Source of the DNA: an uncultured Actinomycetes bacterium
Lineage (GTDB): Bacteria; Actinomycetota; Thermoleophilia; Gaiellales; Gaiellaceae
DNA length: 64,000 nucleotides
Reading direction: 5' to 3'
Assembly: GCA_963776735.1 (NCBI GenBank)
Contig: CAVZNV010000023.1
Location: 15,080-79,079, forward strand
Each line of letters begins with the position of its first letter. Positions within the stretch are counted from its first letter, which is position 1. The position numbers were made by a program, and so were the translations under genes. Shown one piece after another: positions 44,223 through 54,029 of this stretch. The notes under the pieces were generated by a model, which ran no database searches, was not told the DNA's origin, and saw only the letters and a list, made by a program, of their open reading frames with translations.

Positions 44223-46703
44223 TCAGGCGGCGGCTTCGGCGTCCTCGCGCGGGAGGCGGCGGGACACGACCTGCGAGACGCCGTCGCCGCCCATCGTCAC
44301 GCCGTAGAGGATGTCGGCGGCCTCCATCGTCCGCTTCTGGTGCGTGACGACGATGAACTGCGCCCGCTCCGAGAACTGCCGCAGCAGCGCGACGAAGCGG
44401 CCGATGTTCGTGTCGTCGAGCGCCGCCTCGACCTCGTCAAGGAGGTAGAACGCGCACGGCCGGGCGAGGAAGAGCGCGAACAGGAACGAGATCGCGCCGA
44501 TCGCCTTCTCGCCGCCCGAGAGCAGCGACAGCCGGGTGATCCGCTTGCCCGCCGGACGCAGCTCGACCTCGACGCCGGCTTCGGACTCTCCGTCCTCGGC
44601 TTCGGCCTCGGTCAGCCGCAGCCTCCCCTCGCCGCCCGGGAACAGCGTGCCCGCGACCTCGGCGAAGTTCCGCTCGACGGCGGCGAACGTCTCCGCGAAA
44701 CGCCGCTCGACCGTCTCCGTCAACTCGCGCCGCAGCTTCTCCAGCTCGTCGAGCGACCGCTCGAGATCGGCGCGCTGCGTTCGCAGCTCTTCGAGGTGCT
44801 CCTTCTCCCGCTCGTACTCCTCCTTTGCGAACGGGTTGACGCCGCCGAGCTGCTCGCGCCGGCGCTCGAGCCGTTCGAGCTTCGTCGCCAGCTCGTCCCG
44901 CGGACCTTCCGTCGGCTCGGCGTTCGCCTCGGCGAGCCGGCGCCTCGCCTCGCCTGCCTCCGCCTCGAGCCGCGCGAGCTCGACCTCGACTGCCGACGCC
45001 CGCTCGCCCGCGGCGGTCGCCTCGTGACGGAGCTCCGCCTCGGCCGCACCGAGCCGGCGCAGGTCGGCCGCGAGCTCGCCCGCCCGACTCGACTCCGTCC
45101 GCGTCTCCGCTTCGAGCGGCGACTCAGAGCGCCTACTCGCCTCGACGCACCGACCGAGCTCGCGCTCCAGGCGTTCGGCGAGTGCGACGAGCCGCGGGTC
45201 GGAGTGCCGGAGACGCGGCTCGGCGGCTTCGGCCCGGGCGGCGAGGTCGCGCGCCTGCGTCTGCATCAGCCGGAACTGCGCCTCGAGCTCGAGCTGCACC
45301 GCCTCGGCAGCCTCGCCCACGAACCACAACTCGCCGCGGCCCGGGTCGAAGCCGATCCCCTCGCGCGTCACGGCCGGAACGGGCGAGCCCAGCAGCTCCT
45401 CGAACGGCACGACCGGAAGCTCCGCGACCAGCTCCGAGGGATCGCGGCCGACGAGGACGACGAGGTTCCCGAGCCCGGCCTTGCGAGCATGCTCGACGAG
45501 TTCGAGCCCGCGCTCCGGGGTGTCCGCGAGCACCGCCGCCGCGCGGTGGCCGAGAGCCGCCGCAACCGCCCGCTCGAGTCCCGGCTCGACCTCCAGCTCC
45601 CCGAGCGCGAGGCGCTCGCCGCGCTCGGACAGTGCGCGCGCCGCCGGCGGCAGCCCTTCGCGCTCGTCGAGCGCGCGCCGGAGCACGCCCGCGCGCGACT
45701 CCGCGATCCGCGCCTGCTCGAGCAGTTGCTCGCCGTGGTGCTCGACGACCGGCTCGCGGAGTCGCGCCGCCAGCTCCCCGGCCGCCTCACGCCGCAGTTC
45801 GATCCGCTCGCGGCCCGACCGCAGCCGGTAGAGCACGGCGGCGGCGCCCTCGCGACCGCCGGCGACCGCGGCCAGCTCTTCCTCGGCCCGCTCGCGCGCC
45901 TCCAGAAGCGCTTCGAGCTGCTCCTCGAGCTTGTGCCGCTCGGCCACGACCGTCCGTCCGCGACCCTCGGCGTCCGCGATCCGCACGTCGAGCTCGACGA
46001 GATCGATCGTCGCGATCCCCGCCCGCAGCCCGGCGATCTCGACACCGAGCTTTTCCGCGCGCTCCGCTGCGGTCGCCTGCAGCGCCAACGGACGAAGGCG
46101 CTTTGCGACCTCGGTCTCGAGGTCGCGCGCGCGTTCGACCTGCTGCGCCACGCGGGCGAGCTTCAGCTCGGCGCGGTGGCGGCGGCGCTTGAAGCGGCCG
46201 AGGCCGGCGGCGTCCTCGACCAGCGCACGCCGCTCGGGAGCGCTCGAGGTCAGGATCGCCTCGACCTTGCCCTGGCTAACGATCGAGCCGGCGCCCGGCC
46301 CGAGGCCGGCGTCGGCAAGCAGCTCGACGACGTCCAGCCGGCGTACCTGCGCGCCGTTGACGATGTACTGGCCCTCGCCGCCGCGGTGGAGCCGCCGGAC
46401 GATCGAGACCTCCGAGAAGTCGAGCCCCGGGATGGCCTGGTCGGCGTTGTCGAAGAGGAGCTCGACCTCGCAGAACTCCGCGGGCGAACGGCCGGCGGCG
46501 CCGTTGAAGAGCACGTCGTCCGGCTTCTCCGCACGCAGCTCGCTCGGTGCCAGCGATCCGGACGCCCAGACGATCGCGTCGCCGATGTTCGACTTGCCCG
46601 ACCCGTTCGGGCCGACGACGACGGCGACGCCCGGCTCGAGCCGCACCTCGACCTGGTCGGGGAACGACTTGAACCCCCGCATGCGAACGGACCTCAGGTA
46701 CAC
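44223..46703 (-). CDS. smc: chromosome segregation protein SMC, unusually short (826 aa)
   Basis: N-head Walker A GPNGSGKSN, reduced hinge, C-head LSGGEKA signature and Walker B LLDEVEAALD. The frame is continuous. Confidence 0.85.
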   Translation of the reverse strand: MYLRSVRMRGFKSFPDQVEVRLEPGVAVVVGPNGSGKSNIGDAIVWASGSLAPSELRAEKPDDVLFNGAAGRSPAEFCEVELLFDNADQAIPGLDFSEVSIVRRLHRGGEGQYIVNGAQVRRLDVVELLADAGLGPGAGSIVSQGKVEAILTSSAPERRALVEDAAGLGRFKRRRHRAELKLARVAQQVERARDLETEVAKRLRPLALQATAAERAEKLGVEIAGLRAGIATIDLVELDVRIADAEGRGRTVVAERHKLEEQLEALLEARERAEEELAAVAGGREGAAAVLYRLRSGRERIELRREAAGELAARLREPVVEHHGEQLLEQARIAESRAGVLRRALDEREGLPPAARALSERGERLALGELEVEPGLERAVAAALGHRAAAVLADTPERGLELVEHARKAGLGNLVVLVGRDPSELVAELPVVPFEELLGSPVPAVTREGIGFDPGRGELWFVGEAAEAVQLELEAQFRLMQTQARDLAARAEAAEPRLRHSDPRLVALAERLERELGRCVEASRRSESPLEAETRTESSRAGELAADLRRLGAAEAELRHEATAAGERASAVEVELARLEAEAGEARRRLAEANAEPTEGPRDELATKLERLERRREQLGGVNPFAKEEYEREKEHLEELRTQRADLERSLDELEKLRRELTETVERRFAETFAAVERNFAEVAGTLFPGGEGRLRLTEAEAEDGESEAGVEVELRPAGKRITRLSLLSGGEKAIGAISFLFALFLARPCAFYLLDEVEAALDDTNIGRFVALLRQFSERAQFIVVTHQKRTMEAADILYGVTMGGDGVSQVVSRRLPREDAEAAA

Positions 46704-46746
46704 GAGGGTGCAACGCTAACGAGCGTCGCGGACGGGCCCCGAACCT

Positions 46747-47409
46747 CTATGCCTCTGCTCCCTCGGCCACCCACTCGAGTGCTTGGAGCGCTGCCTCCTG
46801 CTCGGCCCCCTTTTTCGTCGAGCCGCTGCCGACGCCGCGCTGCTCCCCGTCGACCGTCGCGGCGCACGTGAAGCGCCGGTCGTGCGCCGGTCCCTCCATC
46901 TCGACGACGGCGTAGACGACCTGCTTGCGCATCCGCGCGAGCTCCTCCTGGAGCTCGGTCTTGTAGTCGACCGAATGCGTCGCCGCGTACTCCATGTGGC
47001 CGCGAAAGGCGTCGACGATCGGCTTCTCGACCGCCGCGAAGCCGTGCTCGAGGAAGATCGCAGCCAACGCCGCCTCGAGCAGTGCCGCGAGCACGTTGCG
47101 GTTCTTGGCGAGCCGGGTCAGCTCCTCGGGCTGCGTCGTCGCGCCGCCGCGCGCGAGCAACTCGGGCCCGAGCTCGAGCTCGTCCGCGACGAGCGCGCAG
47201 GCACGCCGCGACACAGCGTGCGAGCGGATCTTCGCCAGGCGCCCCTCGGTCAGGTCCGGATAGCGGTCGTACAGATGCCGGGCGACCGCCAGCTCGAGCA
47301 CGCTGTCGCCGAGGAACTCGAGCCGCTCGTACGACGACGCGCGATCGCCCGCCCAGGAGGAGTGCGTGAAGACGTGCTCGAGCCGGTCCAGCGGCAGCGT
47401 GCGAATCAG
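46747..47409 (-). CDS. rnc: ribonuclease III (start codon unresolved; CTG at 47409 proposed)
   Basis: Catalytic ERLEFLGDS lies just upstream of the listed GTG (47301) in the same open frame. A dsRBD sits at the C-terminus. No ATG/GTG/TTG occurs upstream in that frame. Confidence 0.75.
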   Translation of the reverse strand: MIRTLPLDRLEHVFTHSSWAGDRASSYERLEFLGDSVLELAVARHLYDRYPDLTEGRLAKIRSHAVSRRACALVADELELGPELLARGGATTQPEELTRLAKNRNVLAALLEAALAAIFLEHGFAAVEKPIVDAFRGHMEYAATHSVDYKTELQEELARMRKQVVYAVVEMEGPAHDRRFTCAATVDGEQRGVGSGSTKKGAEQEAALQALEWVAEGAEA

Positions 47410-47449
47410 CTCGGCGAGCGGCCGAACGTCGCCTGCCTGCGTGTCGCCG

Positions 47450-47695
47450 CTACTGGTGCGTCGTGACGTAGTCGACGGCCTGTCCGACTGTCGTGATCTT
47501 CTGGGCGTCCTCGTCGGAGATCTTGATTCCGAACTGATCCTCCAGCTCCATGATCAACTCGACGAGATCGAGCGAGTCGGCGTCGAGATCCTCCTGGAAG
47601 GACGCCTCGTCGGTGATCTCGTTCTCGTCGACGCCGAGTTGCTCGACCAGGACCTCCTTGACTCGCTCGGAGACTTCCTCGCGCGAAGCTGCCAT
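47450..47695 (-). CDS. acpP: acyl carrier protein
   Basis: [33 protein letters not shown] with the phosphopantetheine Ser in DSLD. ATG at 47695. Confidence 0.9.
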   Translation of the reverse strand: MAASREEVSERVKEVLVEQLGVDENEITDEASFQEDLDADSLDLVELIMELEDQFGIKISDEDAQKITTVGQAVDYVTTHQ

Positions 47696-47696
47696 G

Positions 47697-48731
47697 TCAC
47701 CTCTCTTGCGGGTTGGATTCGGAAAGCGCGCGGATGCTAACACGGTCGACCGCCATTTCCTCGGCTTCGCGTGCCATCCGCTCGCCGAGCCGCGTGACGA
47801 CACCGTGGTCGATGCCGCGCGCGGCGTGCCGGATCGCGTTCGCGATAGCCGCTCTCGACGAGTTCCCGTGGGCGATCACCGACAGGCCGCGAAGGCCGAG
47901 AAGGTAGGCGCCGCCGTACGTGTCCGGGTCGAGATGGGCGCGGAGACGGCCGACCGCGGGCTTGATCAGCACCCCTCCCGCCTTGCCCCGGGCGGTCGCC
48001 GTGATCTCGCTGCGAAGCCAGTCGAACGTCGTCCGGATCGTCCCCTCCATCGTCTTCAGGACGACGTTGCCCGTGAAACCGTCGCAGACGACGACATCGG
48101 CGGCATGCGCGAGGATGCCGCGGCTCTCGATGTTGCCCTGGAAGCGGAGGTCGCTCGCCCGCAGCAGCTCGTGCGCCTCGAGCGTGAGCTGGTTTCCCTT
48201 CTCCGGCTCCTCGCCGATCGAGAGCAGCGCGACCGTCGGCGCGGGGACGTCGAGGATCTCCTGCGCGAACACGGAGCCCATCAGGCCGAACTGCAGGAGG
48301 TGTTCGGCGCGGCAATCTGCGGTCGCGCCGGCGTCGATCAGCACAGACGGGCCTTTCGGCGTCGGGATGACGACGGCGATCGCCGGCCGCAGCACGCCCC
48401 TCAGGCGCCGGACGTAGACCAGGCCGGCGGCGAGCATCGCGCCGGTGTTCCCGGCCGAAACGACCGCCGCGGCCTGTCCTTCGTGGACGGCCCGGCAGGC
48501 GGCGACGAGCGAGCTGTCCGGCTTGCCGCGGACGGCGTCGGCCGGCTTCTCGTCCATGGCGATCACCTGCGTCGTCACGACGAGCTCCAGCCCGTGAGTG
48601 ACGAGTCCCGCCGGCCCGAACAGCACCGGCTCGATCCGGTCGGAACGGGCGTCGATCGCGCCCGCGACGATCTCCTCGGGCCCGTGGTCGCCCCCGAGGG
48701 CATCGACCGCAACCCGGATCGGGCCCGTCAT
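47697..48731 (-). CDS. plsX: phosphate acyltransferase PlsX
   Basis: [18 protein letters not shown]..., [21 protein letters not shown] at 48731. Confidence 0.9.
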   Translation of the reverse strand: MTGPIRVAVDALGGDHGPEEIVAGAIDARSDRIEPVLFGPAGLVTHGLELVVTTQVIAMDEKPADAVRGKPDSSLVAACRAVHEGQAAAVVSAGNTGAMLAAGLVYVRRLRGVLRPAIAVVIPTPKGPSVLIDAGATADCRAEHLLQFGLMGSVFAQEILDVPAPTVALLSIGEEPEKGNQLTLEAHELLRASDLRFQGNIESRGILAHAADVVVCDGFTGNVVLKTMEGTIRTTFDWLRSEITATARGKAGGVLIKPAVGRLRAHLDPDTYGGAYLLGLRGLSVIAHGNSSRAAIANAIRHAARGIDHGVVTRLGERMAREAEEMAVDRVSIRALSESNPQER

Positions 48732-48748
48732 TGGCGCGGAGTCTAGAG

Positions 48749-48937
48749 CTACGGGAGGGGAGTGCGAAGCGGCTCGATCTCGCGCCCGCGGTACTGCTTG
48801 CAGTTGGGACACATCTCGTGCGAGCGCTTCGGCTGGTGGCAGTGCGGGCAGACGCTCAGGCGGGGCGCCTTGATGCCGTGCTGCGCGCGACGCTTGTCGC
48901 GGCGCGCCTTGGACGTTTTGCGCTTCGGGACTGCCAT
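48749..48937 (-). CDS. rpmF: 50S ribosomal protein L32
   Basis: MAVPKRKTSKARRDKRRA..., with Zn-ribbon CPHC...CPNC. Confidence 0.9.
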   Translation of the reverse strand: MAVPKRKTSKARRDKRRAQHGIKAPRLSVCPHCHQPKRSHEMCPNCKQYRGREIEPLRTPLP

Positions 48938-48976
48938 GCGGCCGCGCAGTATAGCGGCGCGTTAGGCTCCGTCCGC

Positions 48977-49333
48977 ATGGGCTACAGCGTCGTCAACGTC
49001 GAGGAGATCGAGGGAGCCGGGCCGGGCGGCGCGGTTCGCTTCGTCCGCCGTGAGCTCGGTCTCGAGGCGTTCGGGATCAACTGGTTCGAGTTGCCGCCCG
49101 GCGCGCAAGGCCTCGAGCACGACGAGTCGTCGACCGGGCAGGAGGAGGTCAACGTCGTCGTCCGCGGCTCGGGGATCTGGCGCGTCGACGGCGAGGAGGT
49201 CCCGGTCCGCGAGGGCTCGTTCCTCCGCTTCGACCCGGGGACGACCCGCTGCCCCGTCGCCGGACCGGACGGGATGACGTTCATCGCCGTCGGCGCCCGC
49301 CGCGGCGGGTACGAGCCTCACGGCCCGTTCTAG
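48977..49333 (+). CDS. cupin domain protein
   Basis: ATG at 48977. Single cupin barrel (FELPPGAQGLEHDE...EEVNVVVRGSG). The upstream part of the listed ORF is antisense to rpmF. Confidence 0.65.
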   Translation: MGYSVVNVEEIEGAGPGGAVRFVRRELGLEAFGINWFELPPGAQGLEHDESSTGQEEVNVVVRGSGIWRVDGEEVPVREGSFLRFDPGTTRCPVAGPDGMTFIAVGARRGGYEPHGPF

Positions 49334-50889
49334 AGCCGGATCTCCCGCGTAGCGCGGAACCGTTCCAGGAAACGCCGGTCGTGGCTGACGAGGACGACCG
49401 TGCCGTCGTAGTCGCGGAGCGCCGCCTCGAGCTGCTCGACTGCCTCGAGGTCGAGGTGGTTCGTCGGCTCGTCGAGGACGAGCAGGTTCACCTTGCGTGC
49501 CTGCAGCTCGGCGAGCAGCGCGCGCGTCCGCTCGCCGGGCGAAAGCGACGAGCCCGGTCGGCCGACGTGCTCCGGGGCGAGCCCGAACTTCGCGAGTAGC
49601 GTGCGGGCCTCTTCGGCGCGGAGGCCGGCACGCCTCCGGAAGTGCTCGAGCAGCGGCTCGTCGCCGGCGTAGGCGCCGCGGCCCTGCTCCAGCGTCCCGA
49701 TCACCGTCCGGCGTCCGACGAACCGCGTCCCGCCGGCGAGCGGAACGTCGCCGAGCAGCAGCCCGATCAGCGTCGACTTGCCGCTGCCGTTGCGCCCGGA
49801 GACGACGACCCGCTCGCCGGGACCGAGCAAGAGGTCGACGGGGCCGAGAGTGAACGCGCCGCGCTGTGCAACGGCGCCCTGCAGCGCCGCGACGCGGTCG
49901 CCGAGGCGCTCGCCGGCTTCGAGCCGGAGCTTCAGCTCCCACGGCTCGAACGGCTTCTCGGGCCGGTCGGCCCGCTCGAGCGCCCGCTCTGTCTGCCGCA
50001 CCTTGCCGCGGAGCGCATTCGTCCCGCGCCGGTCCGCCATTGCCCCGCCTGCGCGCGCCTCGGTCCGACGCTGCACGAGCAGCGTCTCGACGTGACGCCG
50101 ACGCTCCTCCGCCTGCTCGAAGGTCGCGTATGCGGTCTCTCGCGCGGCATCGCGTGCCGCCTCGTACTCGCTGAAGCCGCCCGCCCACTCCCGTACGTGA
50201 CGCGAGCCGGGCTCGATCTCGACGATGCGCGTCACCGTGCGGTCGAGGAACTCGCGGTCGTGCGAGACGACGACGAGCCCGCCGTCGCGGCCGCCCAGGA
50301 ACCGTTCGAGCCGCTCGAGGCCGTCAAAGTCGAGGTCGTTCGTCGGCTCGTCGAGGAGCAGCACGTCGAAGCGGGAGAGCAGGATCGCTGCCAGCGACAC
50401 GCGTGCCGCCTCGCCGCCCGACAGCGCCGTCGTCGGCCGGTCGAGCGAGACCGGCAACCCGAGCTCGGCGGCAACGGTGCGGGCGCGCGCCTCGAGGTCA
50501 CCGCCGCCGAGCCCGACGAACCGGTCGAGCGCGACCGCATACCGGTCGTCAGCGACTTCGCCGGCCGCGAGCGCCGTCGAGGCGAGCTCGAGCTCGCGTT
50601 CAGCCGCGGCGACGCCGGTGCGGCGCGCGAGCAGCCCGAGCAGCGTCTCCCCCTCGTGCCGCTCCGGCTCCTGCGGCAGGTATCCGACCGTCAGCGTCGC
50701 CGGCGTCCTCAGCACACGGCCGTCGTCCGGCTCGTCGAGCCCGGCGATCAGCCGGAGCAGCGTCGACTTGCCGACCCCGTTCGGGCCGACGACGCCCAGC
50801 CGGCGCTCGGGCGTGACCGAGAGCGTGACCCTGTCGAGAACCGTTGTGGCGCCGTGGTGCTTCGAGACGCCGTCGAGTGAGATACGCAT
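49330..50889 (-). CDS. ABC-F family ATPase (two ABC domains, no permease)
   Basis: Two Walker A motifs (GPNGVGKST; GRNGSGKST), two signatures (LSGGEAAR; LSPGERTR) and an inter-domain linker. Confidence 0.88.
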   Translation of the reverse strand: MRISLDGVSKHHGATTVLDRVTLSVTPERRLGVVGPNGVGKSTLLRLIAGLDEPDDGRVLRTPATLTVGYLPQEPERHEGETLLGLLARRTGVAAAERELELASTALAAGEVADDRYAVALDRFVGLGGGDLEARARTVAAELGLPVSLDRPTTALSGGEAARVSLAAILLSRFDVLLLDEPTNDLDFDGLERLERFLGGRDGGLVVVSHDREFLDRTVTRIVEIEPGSRHVREWAGGFSEYEAARDAARETAYATFEQAEERRRHVETLLVQRRTEARAGGAMADRRGTNALRGKVRQTERALERADRPEKPFEPWELKLRLEAGERLGDRVAALQGAVAQRGAFTLGPVDLLLGPGERVVVSGRNGSGKSTLIGLLLGDVPLAGGTRFVGRRTVIGTLEQGRGAYAGDEPLLEHFRRRAGLRAEEARTLLAKFGLAPEHVGRPGSSLSPGERTRALLAELQARKVNLLVLDEPTNHLDLEAVEQLEAALRDYDGTVVLVSHDRRFLERFRATREIRL

Positions 50890-50997
50890 GACCGAGACCT
50901 CCGAGAACGCAGGCGCGCCGCTCGCTTCGGGCGCGCAAGAGACGTGGATGGCTCGGTCAGTCCGTCATGGTGAGGCGCCGCAGCGCCGACACCGATC

Positions 50998-51507
50998 CTA
51001 CAGCTCGTCGCGGAGCTCGGCGAGCGCGGCCCAGCGCGGGTCGCTCTCCTCGCCTTCGTGCTCGTGCGGCTCGGCGTTCAGGTCGAGTCCGCAGACGGGG
51101 CAGAGCCCGGCGCAGTCGGCCCGGCAGAGAATCTTGTCCGGAAGCGCGAGCACGAGCCCGTCCCGCGCCCAGGCGGAAAGGTCGAGACGGTTGTTCTTCA
51201 CGTACGGCGTCGTCAGCTCCTCGGCTCCTCCCGGACTCTCAGCCTGGTACTCGCGCAGAGAGAGATCCTCGTCGAGAGCCGCGTCGCCGAGGCACCGGAA
51301 GCACGGGCCGTGGAGACGGACGTGGAAGCGGAGCTCGAAGACGGTGCCGGTCGACGCGCGCGTGATCGTCAGCTCGGCGGGGACGTTCTCGGGCACGACG
51401 AGATAGCGCTGGCCGCCCAGTTCGATCGGCGCGATCTCGACTTCCTGCTCGTCGCGGAGCGACTCTCCGGACCGCAGCCGGTACTTCCTCAGATCCAGCG
51501 TGGTCAC
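50998..51507 (-). CDS. yceD: YceD/DUF177 family protein
   Basis: C-terminal CRADCAGLCPVCGLDLN motif and acidic tail, typical of the gene found with rpmF. Confidence 0.8.
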   Translation of the reverse strand: MTTLDLRKYRLRSGESLRDEQEVEIAPIELGGQRYLVVPENVPAELTITRASTGTVFELRFHVRLHGPCFRCLGDAALDEDLSLREYQAESPGGAEELTTPYVKNNRLDLSAWARDGLVLALPDKILCRADCAGLCPVCGLDLNAEPHEHEGEESDPRWAALAELRDEL

Positions 51508-51520
51508 AGAGCCAGACTAG

Positions 51521-52453
51521 CTAGCGACCCCGCACCGGGACCGCGGCCGGCTCGGTCGCGATCTCGCCCTTCGGCGGCGTCACGATCAGCGCCACCGCGC
51601 AGAGGATCACGGCACCCGCGACGACCGTCCGCACGCTCACGGACTCGTTCTCGACCGCCCAGCCCAGGAAGACGGCGACCAGCGGGTTCACGTACGCATA
51701 GGTGGAGACGAGCGACGTCCGGGTATGCCTGAGGAGCCACGAGTAGCAGGTGAACGCGAGCCAGGATCCGATCACGATCAGATAGAGGAGGGCGAGCAGC
51801 GACTCGGTCGAGACGTGGTGAACGTCGGTCACCTCGCCGGTCGCGGCAGCGACGATCGCGAGCAGCACACCGCCCGCGATCATCTGCATCGAGGCGTTGA
51901 CGAAGGGCCGTCGCGGCAGCGGCGCGCGGCGCGAGTAGAGCGAGCCGGCGGCCCAGCCCGCGCCTGCGATCAGGAGCGCGACGGCACCGGCGACGTCGAT
52001 GTGACTCGGCCCCGTCGGCCACGCGAGCAGTGCGACACCGGCGAACCCGAGCGCGAGCCCGATCACGGCGGTCCGGCTCAGCCGCTGCCCGCACACGGCG
52101 CGGTCGAAGAGCGCCATCCAGAGCGGGACGGCGGCGATGATCAGGGACGCGACTCCCGTGTCGACGCGCTTCTCCGCCCAGGCGACACCCGCGTTCCCGA
52201 TCAGGAACAAGAGGGCGCCGACGACGGCTGCGGCAGCCCACTCCCGCTTTCCCGGCCGGTCGCCGACCGTGTCGCCGCGCCGGATCGACCACGCGTACAG
52301 CAGCGTGCCGGCGATCAGGAAGCGCAGGGACGACATCACGAACACCGGCAACGCCCGGCTCGCGAGCAGGATGAACAGGTAGGTCGAGCCCCAGACGACG
52401 TAGACGACGGCGAGCGCGGCCCAGACGCGGGCCGGGCCCGCAGGGCCGCTCAC
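51521..52453 (-). CDS. EamA/DMT family transporter
   Basis: Ten predicted TM helices in two EamA repeats. Confidence 0.8.
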   Translation of the reverse strand: MSGPAGPARVWAALAVVYVVWGSTYLFILLASRALPVFVMSSLRFLIAGTLLYAWSIRRGDTVGDRPGKREWAAAAVVGALLFLIGNAGVAWAEKRVDTGVASLIIAAVPLWMALFDRAVCGQRLSRTAVIGLALGFAGVALLAWPTGPSHIDVAGAVALLIAGAGWAAGSLYSRRAPLPRRPFVNASMQMIAGGVLLAIVAAATGEVTDVHHVSTESLLALLYLIVIGSWLAFTCYSWLLRHTRTSLVSTYAYVNPLVAVFLGWAVENESVSVRTVVAGAVILCAVALIVTPPKGEIATEPAAVPVRGR

Positions 52454-52656
52454 GACACGCCTAGCGATAGTTCCGCCAGGAGCCGCGCTTGTCCCTGAAG
52501 CGCAGGTCGCGAGACCCGGCCAGCGGGGAGAGCACGATCACGGCGAGGGGGATGAGAAGCCAGATAGCTGTCATAACGATCGTCACGATGCCAGTCGAAG
52601 GTCAATTAGCACAAATCGTGTTAGTGTTGGTTTCCATTATGCAAACTGATGAATGG

Positions 52657-53577
52657 ATGGGACTGGAACTGCGCCACCTCGTCGCGCTCAAAGCCGTCGC
52701 CGAGGAAGGCTCGTTCGGACGCGCCGCAGGGCGGCTCGGATACACGCAGTCGGCCATCAGCCAGCAGATCGCGGTGCTCGAGCGAATCGTCGGTCAGCGC
52801 CTGATCGATCGCCCCGGCGGCCCGCGCCCGATCTCGCTCACCGAAGCCGGCCGGCTCATGCTCTCTCACGCCGACGGCATCACGGCCCGGCTCCGCGCGG
52901 CGCAGGCCGATCTGAGCGCGCTCGGCGCCGGTGACGCAGGGCCGCTCCGGGTCGGCACGTACCAGAGCGTGGGCGCACGCGTCCTCCCGTCCCTGTTGCA
53001 GAGCTTCAAGGCGGACTGGCCGAAGATCGACGTCACGCTCGTCGAGTCGACCGACGACCGTGAGCTGCTCGCGCTGATCGAGAGCGGCGAGGTCGACCTC
53101 AGCTTCGTCGTCTTCCCGCTCCGCCCGGGCCCGTTCGAGTCGGTCGACCTGATGCGCGATCCCTACGTCCTGCTCGTTCCGCGCGACTCGCCGCTCGCCG
53201 GGCGCGACCGGCCGCCCTCGCTGCGCGAGATCGTCGAGATGCCGCTGATCGGCTACCGCTCCTGTCGCACCACGGAGCAGGTCGAGGAACGTCTCCGAGT
53301 CGCCGGCCGCGAGCCGCACGTGGTCTTCCGCTCCGACGACAACTACACGGTGCAGGGCATGGTCGCCGCCGGTCTCGGCGCCGCGCTCGCTCCGCTCCTG
53401 ACCGTCGATCCGAGCGACGACCGGATCGCGGTGATCGACCTCGCCGACCGCGTGCCGGCGCGCCTGATCGGCATCGCGTGGCACCGGGACCGTCTCCGAA
53501 CCCCGGCTGCGACCGCCTTCGTCGACGCGGCACGGAGCCTCTGCGAGCAGTTCGAGGCGCGCTCCGAGGCCGCCTGA
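52657..53577 (+). CDS. LysR family transcriptional regulator
   Basis: HTH (LRHLVALKAVAEEGSFGRAAGRLGYTQSAISQQIAVLE) plus LysR substrate-binding domain. Divergent from the EamA gene. Alternative ATG at 52639. Confidence 0.85.
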   Translation: MGLELRHLVALKAVAEEGSFGRAAGRLGYTQSAISQQIAVLERIVGQRLIDRPGGPRPISLTEAGRLMLSHADGITARLRAAQADLSALGAGDAGPLRVGTYQSVGARVLPSLLQSFKADWPKIDVTLVESTDDRELLALIESGEVDLSFVVFPLRPGPFESVDLMRDPYVLLVPRDSPLAGRDRPPSLREIVEMPLIGYRSCRTTEQVEERLRVAGREPHVVFRSDDNYTVQGMVAAGLGAALAPLLTVDPSDDRIAVIDLADRVPARLIGIAWHRDRLRTPAATAFVDAARSLCEQFEARSEAA

Positions 53578-53618
53578 GAAACCGGAATAGCCCCCTCCGC
53601 GAACACGTTGTAGTCGAC

Positions 53619-53861
53619 GTGCGATCACTAAACGACATCCGAGCCGAGATCGAGCAGCTGACCGAGCGGAGGGCGCGGCTTCTGCGCGTCCTGAGCGAGC
53701 AGCACGATGCGACTCTGACCGCCGAGCACGCGAGCCTCGAAGACGAGATCGCGAAGCTGTGGGAGGAGCACCGGATCGAGCGGGCCCGTATCCGTTTCGG
53801 CGAGCGTGACGAGATCATCCAGCGCGCCAGGCACGAAGAGCGCCTCGAGCGCGCCGCGTAG
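53619..53861 (+). CDS. small coiled-coil hypothetical protein
   Basis: GTG-initiated 80-codon ORF, charged heptad-like sequence, hairpin downstream. No family recognised. Confidence 0.35.
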   Translation: MRSLNDIRAEIEQLTERRARLLRVLSEQHDATLTAEHASLEDEIAKLWEEHRIERARIRFGERDEIIQRARHEERLERAA

Positions 53862-53887
53862 CCCAGGGGCCCACCCCCCTGACCCAG

Positions 53888-53916
53888 GAGCCGCCCCGTC
53901 TAAGATGGGACGGCTC
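53888..53916 (+). terminator. candidate terminator hairpin upstream of tRNA-Ala
   Basis: GAGCCGCCCC-9 nt loop-GGGACGGCTC (9/10 paired), followed by TTGGT. Confidence 0.4.
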
Positions 53917-53930
53917 TTGGTCGTTGGTTG

Positions 53931-54003
53931 GGGGCGTTAGCTCAGCTGGGAGAGCGCCGGCTTTGCAAGCCGGAGGTCACCGGTTCGATCCCGGTACGCT
54001 CCA
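53931..54003 (+). tRNA. tRNA-Ala, anticodon UGC
   Basis: Acceptor GGGGCGT/ACGCTCC with the G3:U70 Ala identity pair, D-loop AGCTCAGCTGGGAGAGC, anticodon loop CTTTGCAAG, T-arm CCGGTTCGATCCCGG. CCA is not encoded. Confidence 0.92.
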
Positions 54004-54029
54004 TTTTCGATGAAGTTGAAGTGTGTCGG

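Noticed and set aside
44166-46871. 901-aa plus-strand ORF
   Set aside because: It lies exactly antisense to smc, with an Arg/Leu/Glu-rich composition and no motifs. The smc frame carries all SMC signatures.
52607-52623. LysR-type T-N11-A operator (TAGCAC-AAATC-GTGTTA) in the eamA/lysR divergent spacer
   Set aside because: The location is plausible, but the dyad is imperfect and is a single occurrence in the only AT-rich stretch available. That is too weak to report as a feature.
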